A stretch of 63,809 bases of DNA, the filler included, from Octopus bimaculoides (lineage: Eukaryota), in the NCBI RefSeq assembly GCF_001194135.2. It is 5 parts of 4 records of this genome, joined end to end, with 100 filler letters (N's around TTAATTAATTAA, not from the genome) between each part and the next. Parts side by side here need not be neighbours in the genome. Positions count along the whole stretch, not along the records: positions 43,736 to 61,909 come from NC_068989.1; positions 62,010 to 63,809 come from NC_068995.1; 3 more parts are not named here. The stretch is one strand, 5' to 3'. Below the pieces are notes generated by a model. The model ran no database searches. It was not told the DNA's origin and saw nothing but the letters and a program-made list of their open reading frames with translations. Positions 51,712 through 62,624 of this stretch are shown here, in pieces (position 1 is the first letter of the stretch; each line of letters begins with the position of its first letter). A program made the translations under genes and the position numbers.

Positions 51712-52105
51712 GTTCAGTAGTTTTATTTTTATAACGTGCTTTCACTTCACTACCGAGCGCAGCTCTGTGTGCCTTGGGTATGTGCTGTGGTTTGCTGTGA
51801 TACTCTTATGGTTACTGTATTGAAAGTGTTTTGCGTAGGATGTGTGCAGTGCCCAGTAGTGCAATTTTCTGTATGTTATATATATTTGTAAGTCCTGGTG
51901 TTTTTGTTATGTATTNNNNNNNNNNTCGAGTTACCTCTATTTCCAGGTCTTTGTATTTTGAAAGTTTTTCCATTTCTTTTAGGGAAACTTTGTCATCTGC
52001 TGGTATTGATACATCAATGAGAAAGCATTTTTTTTCTTCATGATCTTTGACAACTATATCTGGTCTATTTGCCTTAATCTCTCTATCTGTGTGTATTGGC
52101 ATATC
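51712..52105 (-). mobile_element. R4/Dong-like LINE 3' end, subfamily 1 (same as 1-165)
   Basis: NRPDIVVKDHEEKKCFLIDVSIP...KLSKYKDLE...RKTLSIQ* plus 3' UTR. (TAA)n on both sides. Confidence 0.9.
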
Positions 52106-52136
52106 CCTATTATTATTATTATTATTAGTAGTAGTA

Positions 52137-52350
52137 AAGGCGGTGAGCTGATAGAATTGTTAGCACACCGGTCGAAATGCATAGCGGTATTTCGTCTGCC
52201 ACTACGTTCTGAGTTCAAATTCTGTCGAGGTTGAATTTGCCTTTCATCGTTTCGGAGTTAATAAATTAAGCACTAGTGAAACACTGGGGTCAATGTAATC
52301 GACTCGTCTCCTTCCGCCAAATTTGAAGCTTGTGCCTCCCGTAGAAAGGA
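52137..52350 (+). mobile_element. SINE family B inside an (ATT)n tract
   Basis: Consensus match with (ATT)n on both sides. Confidence 0.85.
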
Positions 52351-52403
52351 TTATTATTATTATATTTTCAAAAGGATTGACGTAACTCTTCACAAAGGTA
52401 AAC

Positions 52404-52652
52404 AGTCAAGACGAAGAGCGCGATTCGATTGTAAGATATTTTATTAGTTGAACGACATTTCAACATTGCGTCAGTCTTTGTCAAGTCCAAAATAAGAAGT
52501 GATAAAAATTCGAAATTATAGAAATTTAAATTTCTATAATTTTGAATTTTTATCACTTCTTATTTTGAACTTGACGAACTCAGACTTACTGTTGAACTAT
52601 CGTTCAACCAATAAAATATCTATTACAATCGAATCGCGCTCTTCGTCTTGAC

Positions 52653-52653
<1 letters not shown>
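52404..52653. mobile_element. 250-bp loop-less palindromic element with an HHR-like relic in each arm
   Basis: Centre AAATTT|AAATTT at 52527/52528. The arms are reverse complements of each other. Confidence 0.8.
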
Positions 52654-52703
<50 letters not shown>

Positions 52704-52784
52704 CATTATCATATGAAAACTCACAGCTTATTTTGCTGGATATGATGGAAAGTGTCAGCTGTCCACAGCCAGAAGACTAAGGTG

Positions 52785-54210
52785 ACCCTTGTTTACTGGT
52801 CATGCTTCAAGAACCCTGCGAAGAATTCTTGGAACTTCAAGCAATGCTGATTTTTGTAGGTGTTCTACCTTGACACATGCACCGATCTTTTTGAGCCATG
52901 TTGATAGTTCAGTGTTGATACTTCCAAGTGCACCAGTTACTATTGGTATCACAAACTTCATTGACCACAACCTTCGTATTTCCCACTTTAAATCGTCATA
53001 GTTGTTTATTTTTTCTTCGTTTACATTGATCCTGTTGTCACCGGGGCATGCACTGTCGATAATCATACATGTTCTTTCCTTTTTATTCACCACAACAATG
53101 TCCAGTTTCCTATGTCTAATCAGGTGATCGCACTGGATCATTACATCCCATAGGCTTTTGCAGCTCTTATTTTCGGTGACTCCTACTGAGGTTTGTTCAT
53201 ACCATGTTTTTGCTCTTTGTAGGCCGTGTTTTCCACTGAGCTCTTCTTGCCACATTGTCATGGTGTCGTTTGCATTCACGTTGTGCCAATTTCGGGCATT
53301 TGCTAACAATGTGCCATGTCATTTTAACCACTCTCACCACAAATTCTGCATTTGTCGCTGTCGGTAGTGTTGTCAATACTGCATTTCACATAATTGGGCC
53401 TTAACGCTTGTTCCTGAGCTGCGCATATGAGTACTTCTGTCTCTATCTTCCGGTCACTCCTCCTTATGCATAGCCATCATATCCATAGCCTCTGTATCTG
53501 TCTTGGCGCTCACATCTCTTGCAAACTGACCGTACATTTCTTTTTCCTTCCATGCTTTTTCTTTTTTTTCTTCTTCTTGTTTAAAATGTTTCTTTTTAAA
53601 TGTTTCTTTAGTTACGCTCTTTTCAGGTTTGATGACGTCGGCCATCTTCGTTTGTTTCAACAGTGGCTCCACGGCATTTTATATACCATCCTAGGTTATT
53701 TTCCTCTTCTTCGATACAATCCTGACAACTGATCAAATCTCTCCCACCTTTTCTTCTGGACAAGTACAGCCTATCGGTGTCCCTCTTAGGATGGAAGGCT
53801 TCGTGTACTGTCAACATTTTTGGGGTCTTGGTATCCATTTTCTTCATTCCACTTTCTTGCCATTTTATAATTCCTGCTCCATACCGAGGTGATGCTATCG
53901 CCCACGTTTTAACTGCTTGGATTTTATTCCAGCAAGTCAATTTTGGGTGCAGCATCAAACTCAGTCTTCGGAAATACCTCATCTTCAGTTGCTCTTTTAT
54001 TTCCTTTTCCATCTCCTTGCGCTCTAGGATACCAAAGTATTTGTATTCTTCCGTTTCAGTTTGTTTAATCAAGTCTCTATTCAGTAATTCTATTCCTGCT
54101 AGGGACTGTACTTTGCTTCTTTTTAGGTAGATTACTCTGCACTTCTTAAGTCCAAATTCCATTCTAATATCAATACTAAAGCAGTGGACCGTGTTCACCA
54201 AGGACCTCAC
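52785..54210 (-). mobile_element. R4/Dong-like LINE, subfamily 3: RT C-terminus, CCHC region and RLE (decayed)
   Basis: MEFGLKKC..YKYFGILE..FHPKRDTDRLYLSRRKGGR; HNV..WQEEL.GKHGL..WYE; LDIVVVNKKERTCMIID.ACPGD..EEK..YDDLKWEIRRLW..IPIVTGALG. Confidence 0.9.
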
Positions 54211-54269
54211 TTGTGTCTCATCTTTCCCATTATCATTATTGTTGTTGTCGTTATTATTATTATTATTAG

Positions 54270-54641
54270 TGTTCAGTAGTTTTATCTTTATAACGTGCTT
54301 TCACTTCAGTACCGAGCGCAGCTCTGTGCGCCTTGGGTATGTGCTGTGGTTTGCTGTGATGCTCTTATGTTTACTGTATTGAAAGTGTTTTGCGTAGAAT
54401 GTGTGCAGTACCCAGTAGTGCAATTTTCTGTATGTTATATATATTTGTAAGTCCTGGTGTTTTTGTTATGTATTTGTCTGAATATTTTTTTATTATACCT
54501 AAGGCACCTACTATGATAGGAATTGTTTCTGTTTTTAGGTTCCACATTCGAGTTATCTCTATTTCCAGGTCTTTGTATTTTGAAAGTTTTTCCATTTCTT
54601 TTAGAGAAACGTTGTCATCTGCTGGTATTGATACATCAATT
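54270..54641 (-). mobile_element. R4/Dong-like LINE 3' end, subfamily 1 (5' side runs into gap)
   Basis: Track ORF 54371-54595: KLSKYKDLEIEITRMW..IPIIVGALG..RKTLSIQ, then 3' UTR and (TAA/CAA)n. Confidence 0.9.
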
Positions 54642-54955
54642 ANNNNNNNNNNNNNNNNNNNNNNNNNNNNNNNNNNNNNNNNNNNNNNNNNNNNNNNNNN
54701 NNNNNNNNNNNNNNNNNNNNNNNNNNNNNNNNNNNNNNNNNNNNNNNNNNNNNNNNNNNNNNNNNNNNNNNNNNNNNNNNNNNNNNNNNNNNNNNNNNNN
54801 NNNNNNNNNNNNNNNNNNNNNNNNNNNNNNNNNNNNNNNNNNNNNNNNNNNNNNNNNNNNNNNNNNNNNNNNNNNNNNNNNNNNNNNNNNNNNNNNNNNN
54901 NNNNNTTCTTCTTCTTCTTCTTCTTCTTCTTCTTCTTCTTCTTCTTCTTCTTCTT

Positions 54956-55019
<64 letters not shown>

Positions 55020-55020
<1 letters not shown>

Positions 55021-55216
55021 AGGTGGTGAACTGGCAGAACCATTAGCACGCCGAGTAAAATGCTTAGCTGTATTTCGCCCGTCGCTGCGTTCTGAGTTCA
55101 AATTCCGTCGAGGTCGACTTTGCCTTTCATCCTTTCGAAGTCGATAAATTAAGTACCAGTCATGTGCTGGGGTCGATATAATCGACCATCCTCCTCCCCA
55201 CAAATTTCAGGAAAGG

Positions 55217-55220
<4 letters not shown>
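55020..55220 (+). mobile_element. SINE family B inside an (ATT)n tract
   Basis: Consensus match with (ATT)n on both sides. Confidence 0.85.
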
Positions 55221-55272
<52 letters not shown>

Positions 55273-55291
55273 AAGAATGTGCAAAACTTAC

Positions 55292-55446
55292 CTCAAAGAT
55301 TTTATAGTCGGGGGGTGTAGGATCAAAATCAGACAATTCAATCAAGTATTCATTATTGATTAATTTACCATTTTGAGTTGTTTGGCTGATCAAGTTGCAA
55401 CGGACGGGAACATGTTTCGCTCCTGACGCTGTAATCCAGCCATCAG
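55292..55446 (-). CDS. Host gene, visible exon 2 ((A)DGWITASGAKHVPVRCNL...SDFDPTPPDYKIFE)
   Basis: ttttgcaactag acceptor, GTAAGT donor, 155 nt, phase 1-0. Confidence 0.85.
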
Positions 55447-55799
55447 CTAGTTGCAAAACAAAATAAAAAAAAAAACAATTAATTATGGCTGTCCTTTCGG
55501 GCTATAGTCTATATCATCTTCTTAGGCATTTATGGCCTGCAAAACTGACGAGATACTCTCCTCCATACACACAAGATAGAAACATGGTATTCGCATTTTT
55601 TTCTCTTTTAACACGCATAGACACACACCATACACACACTGCCTATATGCATTTTTTAAAAATTTACCAGTCTGTGAACAAAAATTTTCTCAGTGACATG
55701 CAATCTCTGGTCATAATAGGGACACAAGGTTGTACTTGTAAAGCGACACAAAAGGCCTTGTATATATATGCATATATGTATGTGTGCACATACATGCAT

Positions 55800-55851
<52 letters not shown>

Positions 55852-56158
55852 TTATCTATCTATCTATATATATGTATATCAACCTCTACACTAACATTCC
55901 ATAAGGAGAATTTAAATATTAAGAAAACATGTAAGAAAAACTGCAGATGTCGGTCTTTACTGTAATGACGAAGTATACATTTTCGACATAATAATGACCA
56001 CACAATGGTTGCTTTATGAACACTATGATGAACTCATTCATCACCATTTTCAAATAGTTACACTTAACTATTAGATTTAAATATGAATCTAAAATAAATA
56101 AGGAGAATTATATATTGACGCAGTTTTTATGATTACAATCATATCATAAGGCGGTGAG

Positions 56159-56465
56159 TGGAGGCGCAATGGCCCAGTGGTTAGAGCAGCGGACTCGCGG
56201 TCGGAGGATCACGGTTTCGATTCCCAGACCGGGTGTTGTGAGTGTTTATTGAGCGAAAACACCTAAGCTCCACGAGACTCCGGCAGGGGGTGGTGGCGAC
56301 CCCTGTTGTACTCTTTCGTCCCAACTTTTTCTCACTCTTTCTTCCTGTTTCTTGAGTAACGCTACGATGGGCTGGCGTCCCGTCCAGCTGGGGGGAACAC
56401 ATACACCATATAAACCGGGGAACCGGGCCCATGAGCCTGGCTAGGCTTTGAAAGGGCGCAAGAAG
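56159..56465 (+). mobile_element. SINE family C variant with an alternative 3' module, 13-bp TSD
   Basis: Family C head and body, then GATGGGCTGGCGTCCCGTCCAG... TSD ATAAGGCGGTGAG at 56146-56158 and 56466-56478. Confidence 0.85.
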
Positions 56466-56680
56466 ATAAGGCGGTGAGCTGGAAGAATCGTTAGTACTCC
56501 GGGCGAAATGCGTAGCAGTATTTCGTCTGTCTTTACGTTCTGAGTTCAAATTCCGCTGAGGTCGACTTTGCCTTGCATCCTTTCGGAGTTGATAAATTAA
56601 GTACCAGTTGTCTACCGGGGTCGATCTAATCGACTGGTCCTCTCCCCCAAAATTTCGGGTCTTGTGCTTAGAGTAGAAAA
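56466..56680 (+). mobile_element. SINE family B
   Basis: Consensus match. Confidence 0.85.
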
Positions 56681-57734
56681 GAAATTAAATTAAATATGCT
56701 ATATAAATGACTGTAATAATGATTTCAAATGTTGGCACAAAGCAATTTTCGGAGCGGGATAAGTGAGTAACAAGTACTTATTTTATCTACCCTTAAAGGA
56801 TGAATTTGACCTCAGAACGTAAAGACGATTGAAATATCGCTAAGCATTTAAACCCGACATGCTAATCATTCTGCTAGCTCGCTGCCCAGCATATCTGACT
56901 GTTATAATTATTTCTACCCTAGGCACAAGGCCTTCACCTATATTATGCCTGTTATAATAACAAAAAAGCAGTGTAGATCTATAATTCTCCTTATTCATTT
57001 GAATTGTCTTGAATAGACCCTCAGTAAACTGCTTATAATCCAACGAGACGAACTCAAGATTTACCTACTGGATAAAATATACTGGGATTGTTTACCTTAA
57101 ATAGTCCCAGATACGGTTAGCCATAACTTGAATAGTAGATATATATATATATATATANNNNNNNNNNNNNNNNNNNNNNNNNNNNNNNNNNNNNNNNNNN
57201 NNNNNNNNNNNNNNNNNNNNNNNNNNNNNNNNNNNNNNNNNNNNNNNNNNNNNNNNNNNNNNNNNNNNNNNNNNNNNNNNNNNNNNNNNNNNNNNNNNNN
57301 NNNNNNNNNNNNNNNNNNNNNNNNNNNNNNNNNNNNNNNNNNNNNNNNNNNNNNNNNNNNNNNNNNNNNNNNNNNNNNNNNNNNNNNNNNNNNNNNNNNN
57401 NNNNNNNNNNNNNNNNNNNNNNNNNNNNNNNNNNNNNNNNNNNNNNNNNNNNNNNNNNNNNNNNNNNNNNNNNNNNNNNNNNNNNNNNNNNNNNNNNNNN
57501 NNNNNNNNNNNNNNNNNNNNNNNNNNNNNNNNNNNNNNNNNNNNNNNNNNNNNNNNNNNNNNNNNNNNNNNNNNNNNNNNNNNNNNNNNNNNNNNNNNNN
57601 NNNNNNNNNNNNNNNNNNNNNNNNNNNNNNNNNNNNNNNNNNNNNNNNNNNNNNNNNNNNNNNNNNNNNNNNNNNNNNNNNNNNNNNNNNNNNNNNATAT
57701 ATATGTTGGATGATACAAAAAGGGATATGAAAAA

Positions 57735-57955
57735 TCAAGGACGGGTCTTTCGGAGTTTTCTTTCGTCAGTCGAGATCCAGATTATCTTTGCAGTTTCGGC
57801 TGGTTATACTCGAGACTGCTCCAATCTGGCCAGCCCCAAGGAAAATCTAAGCTAAGGGCACTAGATTCCTTGAGAGAAAGCAGCGAATGTATACGAAAAC
57901 AAGGACGAAAAAAAAAACGGAGAAATGGTACACAAATACAAATGTGAACAACAAG
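57735..57955 (-). mobile_element. PLE-type terminal repeat (partial sister copy at ~1700-1770)
   Basis: GGGTC(T/A)TTCGGAGTTTTCTTTC...CCAGATTATC is shared. Minus strand carries CTGACGA...CTCCGAAA. Confidence 0.5.
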
Positions 57956-58350
57956 CATTAACAACAGGTGTCTTTCGACTAAGGACGAATTAAATTAAGC
58001 TGGTGTATGTGGAAGTGAAGCCTTACAGCAGGGACATAAGAGATAATAGGCATGGGAAGTTATATAGATATTGCACGGATGGTAGTCGAACAAAGAAAGG
58101 TCAGGTTTGGCCGAACACCGGTCACGTGGAAGGAGAAGAGAGAGGTAGAGGCTGAGGTCTAGAAGAATTAGGGAGGGACGAGAAAAAGAGAAGGGGAGCA
58201 AAAGTAAGAAGCGTGGAAAGAACGAAGTAGGTGTGAAGGGACTTTCTTTCTTTCATATATAGTTGAAATTTACAGAAAAACAAAAGACGAATACAGGTGT
58301 ATGAACAACAAGCAAGTGTATTAGTTTGGCACTCGGGAAAGTGAGAAAGT

Positions 58351-58386
58351 CTTTTACGTTTCAAGCCTGCGCTCTTCAACAGAAAG
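58351..58386 (-). ncRNA. Minimal hammerhead-like motif (CUGUUGA variant, ACGU stem III)
   Basis: CTTT-CTGTTGA-A-GAGC(GCAG)GCTT-GAA-ACGT-A-AAAG. Confidence 0.5.
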
Positions 58387-58822
58387 GAACACGAGGAAAT
58401 AAAGAGAGAGAATTAAAAAATATGTGGATTTAGCGATCAAGCNNNNNNNNNNNNNNNNNNNNNNNNNNNNNNNNNNNNNNNNNNNNNNNNNNNNNNNNNN
58501 NNNNNNNNNNNNNNNNNNNNNNNNNNNNNNNNNNNNNNNNNNNNNNNNNNNNNNNNNNNNNNNNNNNNNNNNNNNNNNNNNNNNNNNNNNNNNNNNNNNN
58601 NNNNNNNNNNNNNNNNNNNNNNNNNNNNNNNNNNNNNNNNNNNNNNNNNNNNNNNNNNNNNNNNNNNNNNNNNNNNNNNNNNNNNNNNNNNNNNNNNNNN
58701 NNNNNNNNNNNNNNNNNNNNNNNNNNNNNNNNNNNNNNNNNNNNNNNNNNNNNNNNNNNNNNNNNNNNNNNNNNNNNNNNNNNNNNNNNNNNNATAGATA
58801 GATAGATAGATAGATAGATACT

Positions 58823-58885
<63 letters not shown>

Positions 58886-59206
58886 TTGTAACAAAGTGCT
58901 AATGTTAGTAAATGAGAAAATTAAGGAACTAAATTCTATATACTTTAATGCTCCATACAGTAAGTATAACTGCTTGTATTAAAGTTGCTAAGCTTTTCCT
59001 AAACATTATAGGTAAATATTTTCTCGTAGACATTTAATACTATAAATCCTTTAATAGCAATATTGTATAACTTCATCATAAACATCGCAGTTTCTTAAAC
59101 AGTATGAGCAGAAAGTCCTTCTCTTTACATACATGCAAACTACTGCTCATCTGTGTGTTGGTAATAGCGTTCATATCTGACTTCTCATTGGTATGTGTCT
59201 TTCTGT

Positions 59207-59630
59207 GGAGGCGAAATAGCCCAGTGGTTAGGGCAGTGGACTCGCGGTCAAAGGATCGCGGTTTCGATTCCCAGACCGGGCGTTGTGAGTGTTTATTGAG
59301 CGAAAACACCTAAAGCTACACGAGACTCCGGTAGGGGGTGGTGAAGAACTCTGCCGTACTCTTTCACCAGAACTTTCACTCTTCATGTTTCTGTTGTACC
59401 TGTATTTCAAAGGGCCAGCCTTGTCACACTCTGTGTCACGCTGAATCTCTCCGAGAACTACGTTAAGGGTACACGTGTCTGTGGAGTGCTCAACCACNNN
59501 NNNNNNNCTACGTTAAGGGTACACGTGTCTGTGGAGTGCTCAACCACTTGCACGTTAATTTCACGAGCAGGTTGTTCCGTTGATTGGATCAACTGGAACC
59601 CTCGTCGTCATAACCGATGGAGTGCCGAAG
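59207..59630 (+). mobile_element. SINE family C (contains a 10-N overlap artefact)
   Basis: Match to 23501. Probable 9-bp TSD TGTCTTTCT. Confidence 0.85.
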
Positions 59631-60192
59631 ATTGTCTTTCTAAAGCATTATTAGGCCTATCAAAACCACACTTGCAAATAAAAGTGGTGCAAAAAGCTAT
59701 AGAGAGATAAATGAAAATCTTTTAAATGAAGATTATTGCAAAATATATATACATAGAAGCACTTAAGAAGATGCTTCATCGTCTCACTATACAAATATAT
59801 CCAGAGTTTGAAGCATTATTATAACAGCGAGAATCAAACGAATTGGTCTATTATAGAAATGCGCATCACATTATTATTATTATTATTATCAATTATTATC
59901 ATATTAATTGCTTCAAAACGCGTGATATTTGTATATCGGAAAGGTACAACATCCTACTATAGCTGTTAGCAATTTCGAAGTAAAAAAATCGGACAAAATT
60001 ATAATTGAAATTATGAGTATTGCTTCTTACTAAGGAATTTCTAGACAATTTATTTCCGACACAATGAATGCTTCATATTTTGAATTATAGTTATATAATT
60101 AAAAGAAAAAGACATGAAGTTATTTACCAACGCTAAAATTTCAATAACGATTGGGAAATTCTCTGCTTCGTGTTTTAGAAATGATTAGACGT

Positions 60193-60585
60193 AGTAGTGG
60201 CTGTGTGGTAAGTAGCTTGCTTACGAACCGCATGGTTCCGGGTTCAGTCTCACTGCGTGGCATCCTGGGCAAGTGTCTTCTACTATACCCTCGGGCCGAC
60301 CAAAGCCTTGTGAGTGGATTTGGTAGGCGGAAACTGAAAGAAGCCCGTCGTATATATGTATATGTATTATGTGTGTGTGTTTGTGTGTCTGTGTTTGTCC
60401 CTCCAACATCGCTTGACAACCGATGCTGGTGTGTTTACGTCCCCGTAACTTAGTGGTTCGACGAAAGACACCGATAGAATAAGTACTAGGCATCCAAAGA
60501 ATAAGTCCTGGGGTCGATTTGCTCGACAAAAGTCGGTGCTCCAGCATGGCCACAGTCAAATGACTGAAACAAGTAAAACAGAGAG
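60193..60585 (+). mobile_element. SINE family A, full length
   Basis: Near-identical to 24683. Confidence 0.9.
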
Positions 60586-60996
60586 GGTAAAGAGAGTAGA
60601 CGAATATACATCCTCTATGTATAATAATTGAATAGATGAATGTGTGACGCCTTTCTAGCGATTTTCCGGCAACTAAACTTAGTTCGGTGTACTTATAGTC
60701 GGCAACGTGAAAGTTGGCGTTGCGATTCAAGAAACACCCGTTTCTAATACAACATACATGTGTGTGCGTGAGTATGTATGCGCGCGCATGTGCATTCAAA
60801 TGTGTAAGTTCATAAGAGAAAGAGAGAGTAGAGCCGACTAATACAATGCATTAGAGAGTAGCGAAGGTATGACTGTCTGTTAGTAAATATGATATCTACA
60901 ATCTAGTTTTTATTAAAAAAAAAAAAAAGGATTATACTGCAGCCATGTTGTTTTACGAGAAAGAAAATGTTATATCAGAAAAAGTAGTCACAGTAC

Positions 60997-61227
60997 CTGA
61001 GAAATATAAACTTATTTTGTTGGTTTCTGCATTGATGGTATCACATATTTCCCAGCCCTCAACTATTTCACCGTGCACCTCAGAAGAGTCTAGGTACTTA
61101 ATATTATCCTGGAAATTTTTAGGTAAGTTTGATGGGTCTAGTTTATTGAGCTCGAAGAGGTGGCGAAATATTGCAAACACATCATCCCCAACGATCTTTT
61201 CAACATTACAGTTGTAAAGGTCATCAT
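60997..61227 (-). CDS. Host gene, visible exon 1 (DDLYNCNVEKIV...EVHGEIVEGWEICDTINAETNKISLYFS)
   Basis: attttcttcag acceptor, GTACTG donor, 231 nt, phase 1-1. Includes track ORF 60953-61180. Internal exon, so the start codon is not in view. Confidence 0.8.
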
Positions 61228-61604
61228 CTGAAGAAAATATGGGCTAAAAATATTAATACATGCATAACAGTAAAATACACGTGTGTGGTACAGATGTTCT
61301 GGAATACGATATGAATGTTTAAAATGTTCAGATTACAAATATACATGTAATAGATACATACATACATACATGCAAACACACTCACAAAGACACGCACACG
61401 CACACACACGCACATATACAAGTCAGTGGACAAACGAAAGAGAGTGGTACTCAACACATTCGATGGGAGTTACGTATATAATTTATCAACAGTCTCACTC
61501 ATACCTTCTACGATCCTTTGAAACTTGGCTGAGTCCAACTGTTATGATATATAAATGTCGAACGATGAAATGAGTGCTCAACACTGCATTAGTGGAAATA
61601 TAAT

Positions 61605-61852
61605 TTCTTTATTCGTGAATTAGGTCTACCATTGGTTTCCTGTTAAGAAAAGTAGGAAAATATACTAGTGTCTTAACAATTTTTCAAGCCGACCACATGG
61701 AGAAAGGTATTCGTCTCCATTTTGGATGTTTTCCAAAATGGAGGCAAACACCTTTCTCCTTCTGATCGGCTTAAAAAGAATTAACACACTAGGATATTTT
61801 CCTGCTTTTCTTAACATGAAACCAACGGTAGCCTTAATTCACAAATAAAGAA
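61605..61852. mobile_element. ~250-bp fold-back element with 5-nt loop
   Basis: 61605-61726 vs 61732-61852 are reverse complements with scattered mismatches. Next to (TG)(TA)n. Confidence 0.8.
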
Positions 61853-61857
61853 TATAG

Positions 61858-61909
<52 letters not shown>

Positions 61910-62009
61910 NNNNNNNNNNNNNNNNNNNNNNNNNNNNNNNNNNNNNNNNNNNNTTAATTAATTAANNNNNNNNNNNNNNNNNNNNNNNNNNNNNNNNNNN
62001 NNNNNNNNN
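61910..62009. other. Artificial assembly linker
   Basis: N44-TTAATTAATTAA-N44. Confidence 0.95.
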
Positions 62010-62161
62010 CACACACACACACACACACACACACTCTCTTTCTCTCTCTTTTTTACTTTATCTCTCTCTTTTACTTTCTCTCTCTCTCTCTCAAGCACAC
62101 ACACATGCGCACTCTAGATACCTTGTGTGTGGTGACATAGATACATGTATGTGTATATATA

Positions 62162-62222
<61 letters not shown>

Positions 62223-62290
62223 ATATATATATATATATATGTGTGTGTGTGTATGTATGTATAGTTAGGAAATCAGTAAGTTGTCATAAA

Positions 62291-62353
62291 TAATAGTACT
62301 CGGAGTTTCAAATGTTGGAGCGAAGAGCTAAGATGTATTCTCGTCGACTATTA
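62291..62353 (-). ncRNA. Hammerhead-like motif, left arm
   Basis: TAATAG-TCGACGA-GAATAC..ACATTT-GAA-ACT(CCG)AGT-A-CTATTA. Stem I is 6 bp perfect. Confidence 0.6.
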
Positions 62354-62561
62354 ATAGCAAGAGACGCTATGAAAAAAACCGTTGCATAAAAGGGAAGTTA
62401 CTCTAATAGGCAGAAAAAATTATAAAAGACAGAAAATACATAAGCTTTATGGCTGTGTATTGTGAGAATATGTTTGCGTGTGTTTTTATCTTTTATATTT
62501 TTTGTACCTATTAGAGTAACCTCCCCTTTATTCAACGGTTTTTCATAGCGTCTGTTGCCAT

Positions 62562-62624
62562 TAATAGCCGACGAGAATGCATCGTAGCTCCTAGCTCCGG
62601 CATTTGAAACTCCGAGTACAATTA
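62562..62624 (+). ncRNA. Hammerhead-like motif, right arm
   Basis: TAATAG-CCGACGA-GAATGC..GCATTT-GAA-ACT(CCG)AGT-A-CAATTA. Stem II is 6 bp. Confidence 0.65.

Noticed and set aside
59458-59550. Tandem 40-bp duplication across 10 Ns (likewise 42366-42440)
   Set aside because: This is a typical negative-gap contig overlap artefact.
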